From NCBI RefSeq assembly GCF_009914755.1, contig NC_060936.1: 64,000 nt of DNA. One strand, written 5' to 3'. A model generated the notes under the pieces. It made no database searches. It saw only the letters and a list, made by a program, of their open reading frames with translations, and was not told where the DNA came from. Position 1 is the stretch's first letter; the number at the start of each line of letters is the position of its first letter. The stretch comes from the human T2T-CHM13v2.0 reference genome, Homo sapiens. A program made the translations under genes and the position numbers. This document shows positions 12,151 to 24,924 of the stretch, one piece after another.

Positions 12151-13804
12151 AGAACATGGTCAGGTCCAGTGCACTGAAATTCTGTAAGGCCAGATGGCAT
12201 AGCAATGAATAACATTAAGAAATTGCATAGCAAGAAATTAGTATCTATATCTGAGTGGCACAGCTCAAACAAATTTCATTTAGTAAGGCAGACTCCGTGA
12301 GTTGATATGTCCAATTCCCATACTAACCTATAAATGGTTAAAAAGCAAAAGGCCCTGGTTACCTAAAGGATCTCTCACCTGATTTTAGTAAACTTTGAGT
12401 GAGCCTCTGAAAAACAGGTGGTTCCAGGAATCTGCATTCAACCCTACCATAATATTGTTAGTCTCATGTGTAGGCTTGCATTGCTTATTTTCTGGCTTCA
12501 ATCATACAAAGGAAAACTAATATTGCTCAGAGGTAAAGAACGCTTTTTGCCAGTCCTCAAGTTTGAACCAGTCTTTGTGAACTGTCTTTCCCCAGAAAGC
12601 CTCTGTGAGCATTTAATATTTAAACTGAAATCTAAAGGATGAGAAGGAGCCAGTTTTGCAGAACTTCAGGAAAAAGAATGCTACAGGTCTGGTTCAAAAA
12701 GCAAACTTTTACAAAGACTGATATTAGCAAAACATCTCTCTAAATTGGCATATCTTTACTGGTCCCTTTTAACATTACCATTTCCCATTACCATAAAGCC
12801 AGCATCCCATATTAAGATGTGGAAACCATTATCAAGGGAAGCAAAGGGGTAACTGCTGGTTCTCTTATTTGGAGGTCTTATCTGCGTTTGGACTCTTAAT
12901 CTTTAAGCACAGCCCAACTCCCCTGCTGGATCTGGGATTCCTGTCTTGGTGCCAGAGATGTTGCTTAGATTGTGAGGTACTCTTTCAAAAGCCAAGCATC
13001 CACACATCACTGATAATAAAAACACTGAAGTCACATAAGTACTATAGAGAAAGCAGGAAAGGTGAAGGACCTTTGCTTTAACTATACCTGAGTCAAAAGG
13101 AAACTGTTTAAAAAATCTGAGATACACAGACACATAAGATGTCACAACAGGATCCTATTCATAAACAAGAAAATGCAGAACATTTGTTTTTTAAAAAGCA
13201 GAGGAATAAATGAACCAGACCAAGGTCTGGTTTCTTAAAAAAGGCTTTACTAAATTGGGTGTCCAGGATTATAAATCCCAATTACTATTTGAGTCTCCCC
13301 TTTTCTAAGTATTTCCAGAATAAGATAAATGACCACATTTTGCCTTAAAACTATGTTAATGAAAAAACTTCTAAAGCATACAATGCAATTTCCAAAATTT
13401 TAATAATGATAACTCAGTGTCACAAATGAAGCCAAATCTGGTGGGTAAGCCAGTGTTGAAACATAGGCACAAATGGCTTAGCTTGTCACTCTCGTGCAGT
13501 TTGCAAACCCTTCCCCAAGCTGCCAAACTGTACTGATTGCCAGGCCTCTGTAATGTCACACAATTTCTCTTAGGGGCTGTTGAGCAGCAGGTACACATAC
13601 CTGTGCATGTCCTCATGGGGCACATGCCTGAAATCACACAGCTCCACACCCCAAGTTGCAAAACTGTTTTATGGACATTTTGCATATCTCTCTCTCTCTT
13701 TGATTCCCCATCAGAATGTCTCCTGTTTAACACCCCCTTGCTATTTCTAATCTCTGTAGTCAGCTGTTGCAGCTGTGTCTAATTCCACAATTCTGCTTCT
13801 GTTT

Positions 13805-14420
13805 CTTCATTGATTATTCAAAAAGAATTTATTAAGAATTATGTCCCAAGCACTGTGTCAGGCAAAAACTGAACCAAAAAGACATGATCTCTAATTGCAA
13901 GGAGCTTAAAATGCAGAGTAGACAGATGTTAAACAAACAAATATAGCATTAGAACTTGCAGTAATATAATACTTTGAGGGGGAAGGATAGAAAGGAGCTT
14001 ATTTGGACTCTGGTTCCTGAAGGCATTTCTGAGGAGGTAATAATTAAACTAAGGCCTAACAGATAAATAGGAAAAAGCCAGAGAAAGAGTGAAGAGAAGA
14101 CACTGAAGGCATAAGGTGCAACACAGGCAAAGGCCTGAAACCAATGAGAGCTTGGCACATGTGGGGAATGGAAATAGGTTGGTAAACGGGAAGAGTGAAA
14201 CTGGCATGCAATCAAGTAGCAAAAGAAGTAGGAGTCAGATCATGGCTTGTAGGTCATGTTAAATATTTTTAACACAAGGGTTGGCTAGTAAACAGTATTG
14301 ACATGATCTGCTTGATTATATTTTAAATGGCTGTCTTGTCTGTCCTATAGGACAGAACTAAGAAGAAGGCAAGAGTGGAAGTTAGAAAGTCAATTACAGG
14401 GACATTGCAGTAATGCACGT
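13805..14420 (-). mobile_element. L2 fragment
   Basis: AAGCACTGTGTCAGGC...CAAGGAGCTTA...GAAGGCATTTCTGAGGAGGTAA...GCAAAGGCCTGA...CAGATCATGG...GGCAAGAGTGGAAG. Confidence 0.8.
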
Positions 14421-15039
14421 GGACTCCATCTCTTCTCAGTGAGTTTATTCTGTCTCCTCCAGTCACTTATGACCCACTCTGATTTTTCATGGAAAAGCTT
14501 GACTTAGAGGCACTGGTATCCCTCAGTAGTTTTCTCTTTTCTTCCATGTGGTAAATCAAACAATCAGCATGAGAAAAGTTCCAGCTTTTCTCAGCTGTGT
14601 TCAAGATTCCCAGAGGCTGCTTTGTCATGAAAGTTTAAAGATGTCTTAAGCTTGTGAAGCTGAACCCCGGAAAACTAAAGTCTACATTCCACTATATTAA
14701 AAAGAGATAGTTTCATGGATTCTATGTGACAATATATATAACTTTAATATATACTTATCAGCAAGAATTTCCCATTTTGGAAGTGAAAACACATCTGTCA
14801 AAATTTGACTTCAGTGATAAATGGTGTTGCCTTAACATTTTATCACCCGGGTCCTTAACTTGACATCTATAAACACTAAGGAAAGACCATTAATATCCTG
14901 AAAGAGTATGCAAACACTTAGATGCATTCGTGCTTGAAGACTTTTCTGCAGAGGTCTGTAACACTCATCAGAGTTTCAGCAGGATTCAAGAGTGAGTGGC
15001 TGAGGTTTACCTACCCATGGCTAGCAAGCTTTCTCATCA

Positions 15040-15430
15040 TCTCAACAGGCACATGACCAAGGCTGGCCAATCAGAATCTTCCCTGACACTGATAAACGGA
15101 TATGAAGAGAAAAAAGCTAGGTTTTCGCTGGAATTCCTAAGCTTGGGCTGCAGTGGCTATGTTCCCTGCCATGTGGAAAAATCCTTCCAAAATAGGACAA
15201 AAGTATCAAAAAATAGACATTTAGGTTAAAAACAAACAAACAAAACAGGCAGAGACAGACAGATTTCTGCCATCATTAAATTAAGGCTCTAATTCTTGCC
15301 TCTGTTCCTCCAGTTCTGGAATCTACCCCAGTATCCTTCCAAGCTACTTGAGCTGATTAATTCTCTTTTTGTTAAGCTAGCTTGAGTTGGAAGTCTACGC
15401 CTCTTGCAAGAAAATTAGTCCTGGCTTATA
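15040..15430 (+). mobile_element. Old MaLR LTR (MLT1J/K/L-like)
   Basis: GGCACATGACCAAGGCTGGCCAATCAGA, and 3' end TTAAGCTAGCTTGAGTTGG...CTTGCAAG..AGTCCTG. Confidence 0.65.
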
Positions 15431-16399
15431 AAATAATACTCAAATCCTTAAGAATTATCTCTTCAGTGTAATGATCTGATATCGAAATCCATCAGAGACT
15501 TAAAGATATTAAAATTGAAATTGAATAAAAATATGAATTCATATTTGACCACTTAACTTTCAGAGATATTACTATGACTACCTACAGATATTTTACCAGA
15601 TTTAGTTCTAGCAGCAGAAATTAAAGCCTAATTAGACACCTGTGGGAAGCTTATTAAATTATATTTACACATTAAATGTTTGCTTAATAATCTAATAAAC
15701 CATAAGACCACTTGAGGTTACAAACTAGATGGCATATTTTAGACAAATTTAATGGAATTAGGTAGCTCACATAAAATTATTTAATCCAGTACATGTCATA
15801 AAAGACCTAAAATGCCATGACAGAAAGAGACTTGTAATTTCATTTTAGTGGTAATGATGATATAAGGAGTAAAAACTGGTAAATCACAAAATATAGAAAC
15901 ACTCTGCCTAATCAATAGTGTAAGTCTATAGAACATCCTCCAAATCAATATGATATATAATAATGACAAGAAGCACGTAAATGAAAAAAAAAGTGAATTG
16001 TCTCCCAGCCCAGAACTATTATCCGTACTATATTAAAAGAGCATTTAACACAAAAATGTGATCAGTCTTCTTAACTGCAGTAGCACTGACAATAAATAAA
16101 ATTTATCTTTCCTTCTTCATAATAGAGAGTTATAACGCTCCAGAAACCTCACAAAACTAGAAAACAAATAGTTTTGAGAATCTTAGACCACACTAGCACT
16201 TAACTACAGACTCACACCTGCAGGCTTTTGGCAATATTTAGAACATTCAAAGTTTATAATTACTGAGTTCAATGACCATTTATGCATAGGATGTGCATTA
16301 TAAATTTAACTTCCAGTCGGAGAAATAGCAATGCAGTAAAATCTCATTGAGAATGGAGCATTTTAGATAAATAAATTTTGCCAAGCATATGAGGAGGCA

Positions 16400-16612
16400 A
16401 ATAATACACCAAGAGCCAGCAATATGCCAGGCCCTTGCTGGCTGCACTTCACATATATGATGTCATCCCAGCCCCGTGGCACCCCTGCATGGTGGGAAGT
16501 ATCCCCTTCACTTTACAGATCAGTAAACCAAAGCTCAGAGCATAAGTAACTTGCCCACATCACTTCAGCCTAAGAGATGGATCTGGATGCAAATACAGTC
16601 TGACTCTGAGTC
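16400..16612 (-). mobile_element. MIR SINE
   Basis: CTTTACAGATCAGTAAACCAAAGCTCAGAG...AAGTAACTTGCCCA...CAGTCTGACTC. Confidence 0.8.
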
Positions 16613-16856
16613 AGAAAAATTTTTTTCATTTAGATGATGTTTTATTCAATAAATGCTTATAAAATGAGAACAAATTATAGATGTAAATATTCTTTTAAAG
16701 TAGAAAATATTGAATGTATTTTCTCAAAGTCTCAAGGATAATTATCAATATGAATTTTTTTATTTTTCTTGTTATCCCTCAAGGTCAAGTTTTTGATTAT
16801 TCCACTTCCTGTCATTATGTCTGCCACAAACACTGCCTCTTCATAATAGCAACTCC

Positions 16857-16860
<4 letters not shown>

Positions 16861-16891
<31 letters not shown>
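16861..16891. repeat. (AC)15 microsatellite
   Basis: Directly visible in the sequence. Confidence 0.98.
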
Positions 16892-16892
<1 letters not shown>

Positions 16893-17379
16893 CCCTTCAA
16901 GTTTGTTCTTTCAATCTTCTCTGGGTGGGAAACGAGAACACCATGTTGTTTAACTATTATATGTTCATTGAGAGCCATTAAAATTCTGGAAGAACTGAAA
17001 AAGTCAATTCCATGTTACCAAAGTCTTTGAAACCACTATGTCAGAGGCCTCCTTGGTTTATTCCCTTACTCCTAGTAACATTTACATCCCAAAGGACTGA
17101 AATTTCAGAAATGAAGGCTGGAGATAGAAAATTGCTTCCAAATACATGAAAAGTGGCTGTATTTATACCCCTGTACAGTTTGGTCTGAGATTTCTGGTAT
17201 ACTAGCTAACTTCTAAATATAGACTCCAGCAATGATTTATGGACTAGATCATATTTGCAATCCCTTACCCACCTGTTAGATCACTTGAAAATCTTGTTAT
17301 AGCCTATATCATACATCTCATCCCATCCAGTCATCCTAAAAGAACAGTGTAGACCTTTCTATAACAATGAAGATCATCA

Positions 17380-17645
17380 CTTGTGTACTTCTTGAATGTC
17401 AAGCACTGCACTAGGCACTCTGCATGCAGTGACTCACTAATCTCATAAGCAAACAGTTCTGCCCATTGTGGTATGCACATTGTGCTCTTCAAAACTTTTG
17501 AGTGCCAGTTATATGGACTACTAGGTGAGTGGTACTCCTTGCAAATGTACAATGCCCAACCTACACAGTGGCATAAAGGTAGGTATTATTGGATTCCCAT
17601 GGCACAGAAATTGAGGAAACTGAAGCGTAAAAGTTTAAGTGATAT
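17380..17645 (-). mobile_element. MIR interrupted by a MER91-like palindromic hAT MITE (about 17455-17572)
   Basis: MIR flanks (AAGCACTGCACTAGGCACT; GGTAGGTATTATT...TGAGGAAACTGAAGC) surround TTGTGCTCTTCAAAACT...GTGCCAGTTATATGGACTACTAGGTGAGTGGTACTCC...AATGCCCAACCT. Confidence 0.6.
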
Positions 17646-18424
17646 AGGTATGTCAGGAAAAAAGGTCTTAATCACTGTGTTATACTGCACCCTACATTTT
17701 CCTACAGAATAATGTTGAGTTTTGATACCTTAAAACATACCCATACTTGCAGACACTTCAGATATATCTATACACAAGCACTCAGAATGCAGAAATGGCC
17801 TAGGTTAGTAGATTACCCAACAACAACTATCTACTTCTCAAGAGTGCCCCAGAATAAACCAGGACCCAGAAGAGTCCTGATGATCCTAAGAGACCCCTCA
17901 AATATAAGAACAGCTCCATAGATTAGATTATGGAACGAATTACCCATGCCCACCTAAGATCCCTAAGAGCCAATACATACATGACTAATGGATTTAACCA
18001 ATACAGTGCCATGGCTGACATCAAATTATCAAACTAATTCCTAAATGAGTCTATAGGTGCTAAGAACTGATACATCTCTGATCCATAACCATGTCCAGTA
18101 CGAATTTGGACTTAGCTGGAAATATACACTGAATACACTTTGCATTTACCTGGAGATGCACACTCATCATGCAATACTTGGTAACCAAATTTCCCTAGAT
18201 TGTTAGTTCTTCCATAAGCCCAAACGTAACTCTTATTCAGAAAGGTAAACACTGTAGAGTTCAAGCAGGTTCCAAGGCAGCTCTGCAGCTGATAAGCCAC
18301 AGAACCTTTTGTGCAGCTTCTATAAGAGCAATCCATCAGATGGCATGTACCATCACTACCCTACACAGTAAGTTCTACTTCAGCACAGTAGGAATGGACC
18401 ATTTCTGGAGTCTATTTGAGAGCC

Positions 18425-18790
18425 CTTTCATTTATCTCAATGTTTACTGTTTACTGAGTACCTACTCTAAGTCTAATACTAGCCAATGGTATAGCACTAG
18501 CCAATGGTATATTGAAATGAAAGTGTAGCACTAGCCAATGGTATATTGAAATGAAAAGGAATAGTCCCTGTCCTCAAAGAACCCACAGGAAAAGGAAGGA
18601 GGAAGATGTAAAAATAGATAAATCCTAAAACACATAGTAGTGCTGACAAAATGGTGAAAGAGCAATTAGCTCTGCCTGTGGGTGGGACAGGAGGTTGGAG
18701 AAAGATTCATAGAAAAAAAAAAGTGACAGTACTAATGGGTCTTGGAGGACAAGTAGGAGTTTGCCTAGTTAAGAAGCTGAGGTGGAGAGC
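18425..18790 (-). mobile_element. L2 3' fragment containing a local tandem duplication
   Basis: TTTACTGAGTACCTACT...TAGTCCCTGTCCTCAAAGAAC...GGGTCTTGGAGGACAAGTAGGAGTTTGCC. Confidence 0.7.
18478..18556. repeat. Tandem micro-duplication: a perfect 31-bp repeat (period 34) plus a partial third copy
   Basis: TAGCACTAGCCAATGGTATATTGAAATGAAA at 18492-18522 and 18526-18556. ACTAGCCAATGGTATA also at 18478-18493. Confidence 0.95.
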
Positions 18791-20178
18791 AGGTGGGAGA
18801 AAGCTGTTTCTTGCTATATAATTAACTGCAAGAGCATAAAAGGAAATTTTCTTCCTGCTTTCATTATACTTGTGCTTTGTCCTCCCTTGATTATATTTTC
18901 TTTGAGTTTAAAGTAAGCAATCAGGGGAGATTCACTAGAATGTTATTTGGATTGAAGTGGAATGGTCTGGGTTCAGGTAGAAACTATTGCTATTTTTAAA
19001 ATATTTTTCTGGGTCCATTAAAAAATCAGCTGCAATATCATGACTTTTCAACAGTTCATGTTGTGAAAACATGAGATATTTTTCTTCAGAAAAGTGTAAC
19101 TTGAAGGTCACAATTAAATTAAACATCAACATTTATTAAGATCAAGTTAATACTCTCTGAAAATTAGATTACTCCCCCCAGTGTGTATTTAAATTGACAG
19201 CTGGTGACTAGGGTAACGTGTTCCACATTGTTGCACCATAGCAACATAGAAATCTTTACAGAATGTACAATGATTGCTGAAATGGTGATTCCTGAGATCT
19301 TTTCCAGTAAACCCCATGAGCTGAACTACTTCCTAAACAGCAGTGTCAGAAGTGTTCTAAACAACATGGCTTTATAGAGAACTCCAGAGCTACCTCCTAA
19401 ATCTGAACAATTCCTGTATTATGATACAATAATGTACTCTGGACCCAATTTCCTCATCAGCTTAAAGAAAGAGAAAAATACTAAGATGTATTACGGTAGA
19501 GGAAAAATAAGCTAGCACATATTTAGGTAAATCATATATCTACCATGTTTAATACTCATAGACTTCACTTAAGAAGACTCTAGGGCTGTCCTGAGCACAG
19601 TTGGTCCATCGCCTTTGTATCTGTCTTATCAGCAGTCTACTACAGTCTCTCCAAAGAGGAGAGAAACTTATGTTTCCCACATATATTCTGGGTAGTACTA
19701 GCCTCGACTTCTCTTTCTACAGCACATCCTTGTGCTCATGCAACCTCTAGCCCTGCTGACAATAGATGTGTGAACTCAATTTCATGACTCCCATTCATCT
19801 GATCAGAGTTCACACTCAGAAAAGTTGAAGAAAAGCATCTTTTAACACTGTCATCTTACACTCATTACAGCTGAAATCAGAAGCATCGCACTGGAGGAAA
19901 CGTTGACCAAAATCCTGTTTGCTGTTCATTCAGAAATGTTGCTTCCCCAGAACTTCTGGCATTCACCTTGCTAACACTGACTACTTCTTCAAATCTGTAA
20001 TATTTGCTGTATGTCTAGCTGGATGTTTTCATTTCCAATTTCATCCTAAGGTCAAAATCACACACTTACCCCATCAGAACCAGCAATGATCTGTTATTAT
20101 CCAGTCCAATATATGAAGGGTGTCTTCAAACAGCAACTAGAGTTGTGCAGAATGGCTTATTAAAGACTACATGCTTCC

Positions 20179-20580
<402 letters not shown>

Positions 20581-21175
20581 TCAGGCATTGCTCAGACTCA
20601 GAGACAAAAGCAGGAAAACTGAGAGTTAGGGATGAAACTCCATCCTCCTCTAACCCTATTGTGCCTGTGTACTGCAGTACATATTAAAGTAACATCAAGA
20701 CCTATTTTTAGACTTCTGCAATTCCACAGGCATAAATCATTCCTGTACCACAAGTCACCTTTGAGTTGGCAGTGCCAAGTTTAACATTTTGCAGAATCCT
20801 ACAATATAATTGAAAGCAAGTGATATTTAAAATGAATAGTGATAATTTTAATAGAATAAAATTAGCCTAAATATAGCTTGTTTGAGGGAATTTATTGAGT
20901 AATAATTAAAAGGAAAAGTGACAAACGTGCCATTTAGCTAATCCTATCTTCACAATAGCTTTCACAGTTGAATTTGGAATGCTGTTCTTCTGAAGCAAAA
21001 AAAAAAAAGCTAATGTAATGGTCTTTTTCTTTTTACATAATATTGATTAACCCTCAGCGATTTTAGACACCAGGGTTTGCTCTGAATTGCGCATCTGATT
21101 AAAGAAGGAAAAGCATAGTACAACTAAAGTCACAAGCTGGTCAAAGTGTTACTTTTTATATTAGCCCGTGTCTTT

Positions 21176-21842
21176 TGTTGAGGAGAATTAAAAACAAAAT
21201 CTTTTCCCAACCCAGAAATCTTATCCATAAAAGTAGCAAGAAAGAAAACATTTTTACCATTGAATAAGCATTAAACCAAAATGGAATGTGCATCATAGGT
21301 AATCTGCTTAGAGATTCCAGAGAATGAAAGAAATCTCACTCTTGTATACAGCCACACAGATACAAATCATTACATACATATTTTCAAGATAAGCAATAAC
21401 TAGTCCTCAACTAAGAGGACTTGATGGTACAATTTGTCATGCACGCTTCATCCTAAATTTACCTGGTAATCGGGGTGACCATCGGTGTAAGCTAACTGGC
21501 TTTCTCTAGGGGAGAGCAAACTTCTCATCTCTTTATGACAAGGTGATTTTGAGGCTCAAGTTTGGCTCCTACGTCTCACAGAAACTGAGAGATTGAGTTG
21601 CTATCTCCCTGGATGTTTACATTTCAAAACGTTGGCTGCCAAGTCCTTGAGGGGGTAAACTGACAAAAAGTCTATTTAGTTTTCAAAAGGATTTACATAC
21701 ATTTCAAAGAGAGGAGAAAGTACTTATAATTACAAGTTTCCTAAAGTAAAGGAAGGGGGAAAGGTCTCCCTTTTTTTTGTTTTGTTTTGTTTTCTACAGA
21801 GAGAATTAAGCCTCTTATTTTCAACTTTTATTTGTCCTTACA
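21176..21842 (-). mobile_element. ERV1 solo LTR (MER67C-like)
   Basis: Reverse complement begins TGTAAGGACAAATAAAAGTTGAAAATAAGAGGCTTAATTCTC and ends ...CAACA. Internal ATAACTAGTCCTCAAC.AAGAGGACTTGA and CCTGGTAATCGGGGTGACCATC. Confidence 0.8.
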
Positions 21843-22769
21843 CCATACAGGTTTGGTGTGATTACCATAATGCAAACTCATTTACAGAAGATATGTGACT
21901 GCTCCGAGTCCCCAGAAGAGAAAATCAAAAACAAAAAGAACAAAATGAAAATGGTTTCTAAACCATTAAATCAGCACAAATTAATATGTCATGCCAAACC
22001 ACATGCATTATAGACTGCAATGATTATTGATAATGTATTTCACCAGGGGGAAAAAGCAAATTCTTAATAAGCCTTTGTTTTCCTGCCTGTTTCTGACAGG
22101 GATGATGATTTCATTTTTAATTTGTTCAGAAGTAAGTTTATAATGATAACCAAAGGGAAACAATTTGCTCCCCTGTATGAGATTATCTATAGTATCATTA
22201 GCCATTAAAAATGTATTAGATTGAGTACAAAGGGGAGTTTTGTATTCATCTAAATAATGCATGTTACTCTACCAAATACAAAATGTATAACAGAGATGAG
22301 TTAAATGAGTCAACTTACCAAAATTTCAAATCAGTGCTCATGTTAGAACTTATTTAGCTGATACATTTGGCTGATGACGCATCCCAGATACGTAGTTCAA
22401 ACTATTTAATGAACTTTCTACCTATATACAGTAATTTCCCACTAAGTGCTCTGATAAAGCACCATCTAATGTTAGCATTAAGAGGGATGTGTAATACGAA
22501 TCAATAGCCAAATAAAACAAAACCACCAGAAGTCAGAAGGGGATAATGCAGAGAGTAATGCTTTCTGATGAGACCTTTCTTTAGAGGGCAACATCAAAAG
22601 GAATCATCCAGCGTCTGCTGCCATTAGCAGATCACATGCAACCGTTAGGAAGTTGCTAACAGAGTTCCTATTTAATGAAAAATAGGTGCACTCTTAGCTC
22701 TTGCTAACTGTGTTTCAATTTATCTTGGAAAGTGCTACGGTAAAAAGAAATGTCATAAAGAAAAGTATA

Positions 22770-23120
<351 letters not shown>

Positions 23121-24924
23121 TATAAAGGTTTAAGGCGAACACTAAGGAGAGTCCTAAATTCAGACGTTATCCAAAAAGTTAACTGGTTTGGGGTTTCTGG
23201 GAAAATAAAGGGAGAGGCAGAAGGGAAGGGATGCTTCGAATTCCTGACTTGAATTTTAATTCTGTCAATTCTAAAATCTGCCCTCCAATCTGATGTGTTT
23301 GGCAAATTAAAAGAAAGCGTAGAAAAATTGCTATAGATGACACTGTGGCCTGCTTGATGAGAATCTGTAGAGTAACAGTAAACTTTTCTTTAGTATACTC
23401 CCCTTTAATTTACATGAAAAGAGAAGCTGTTTCTCCAACACTCGCCCCTAACATCCCACTGTGAAGACAGCTGCCTTATTTGCCTTTCAGCAAATTAAAA
23501 GTTAAAATAGCTTCACTGTCAGGAGTAGCAGCAGCAATTGAAAGACTTGTAAAAGAGCTCATTTTACTGCAATAGAGCGTTCTGTTTTCCAAAGGATCAC
23601 CGCTACCTTTTTTTTATTATTATTTCAGCACAGTCTTCGAAGAAATGACACCCTTCCTCTATTATCACCCTCTCTGCTGTTCCCCCTGTTGACATAGGTC
23701 AAGACAAAATTCCAAAAGCAGAACGAGAAAGGTTCTGCTTTCTTAATGTTCCTCACGCAGAGTTTTGATTTCATTTTCTTATATTGTTAAGATTCACTTC
23801 TATCTACCTCCCAGTAATGAAAGTAATTAATAGAAGTTAAACGTACAACAAAAATGCAGGTCATTCTCTACTTCAGACAAAAGTGTAAAATATCTCTGGT
23901 ATTTCTCCACCCACCCGCCCCCCAACCCACTCCCACATGCACACATACACTTTTTTAAAAAAGGGATGAGAATGGAGGACCAATCAGAGTTGATAAAGCT
24001 ACTGGAAGAACTATATACATCATTTCCTCAAAATGCCAGAAGAGAAAAAAGGAAAAACTACCAAAGGGAAGAGCAAATAAATTCTACCAGAGTCTTAAGT
24101 TTGGCTTCTACTCTATTTTTCCAAATAAACCAAATTCTGTCCCCAAAATAAAAATAAAGTAGTGAACTCAAAAACATTATTAAAGCCATATTTTCTTAAT
24201 TTTGGTCTTGTCAATTTTAGCCTAGGGACCTCAAAAGTTAACTTTTCCTTAGATATTTTTCAGAATTCTGACTTACCAAAATGAGCTAAGATTATTTTCT
24301 TAAGTAAGGTTTGCATTCAGAAAGGAAACTGAAATAGAAGATCTGGAAGAATAATTATTTAATTAGGATGCCATTGCTGGACTTTTTAACTCTTCTGTGT
24401 TCATTTTTTTTAGTGCAAATTCATAACAGCCTCCTCTTTCCTTACTTAGCATAGAAAACCTTACCATTTACTTTTAGTTTAAAATCTCCTGGATGACTGA
24501 AATAAGAATACTACTAAATAAAATACAAATTACTGTAGTATTTGTTACTTTAATGTTATTATTAGTATCTGCAAGAGGCCATAAAAATTATCTTCTTTTT
24601 CCTATTTTGCTTAATATGCTGTAAAGAGTATTGTCTAAAGAATTTAATTGTTTCATTTCTTACCTTTTCATGGCTTTTTTACCACACTTTTAATTCACTT
24701 CCATATAAAAGCTTTTTTTATATACACTTTAAGTTCTGGGATACATGTGCAGAACGTGCAGGTTTCTTACGTAGGTATACACGTGCCATGGTGGTTTGCT
24801 GCACCCCTCAACCTGTCATCTACATTAGATATTTCTCCTAATGCTATCCCTCCTCTAGTCCCCCACCCCCCAACAGGCCCCAGTGTGTGATGTTCCCCTC
24901 CCTGTATCCATGTGTTCTCACTGT

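Noticed and set aside
18478-18556. CRISPR-like repeat array
   Set aside because: Only 2-3 copies, 2-3-bp gaps instead of unique spacers, no cas genes, and it lies inside an L2.
23715-23741. Perfect 10-bp hairpin AAAGCAGAAC-N7-GTTCTGCTTT as a terminator or ncRNA
   Set aside because: About one such stem is expected by chance in 64 kb. It is too short for a pre-miRNA, and intrinsic terminators do not apply to mammalian DNA.
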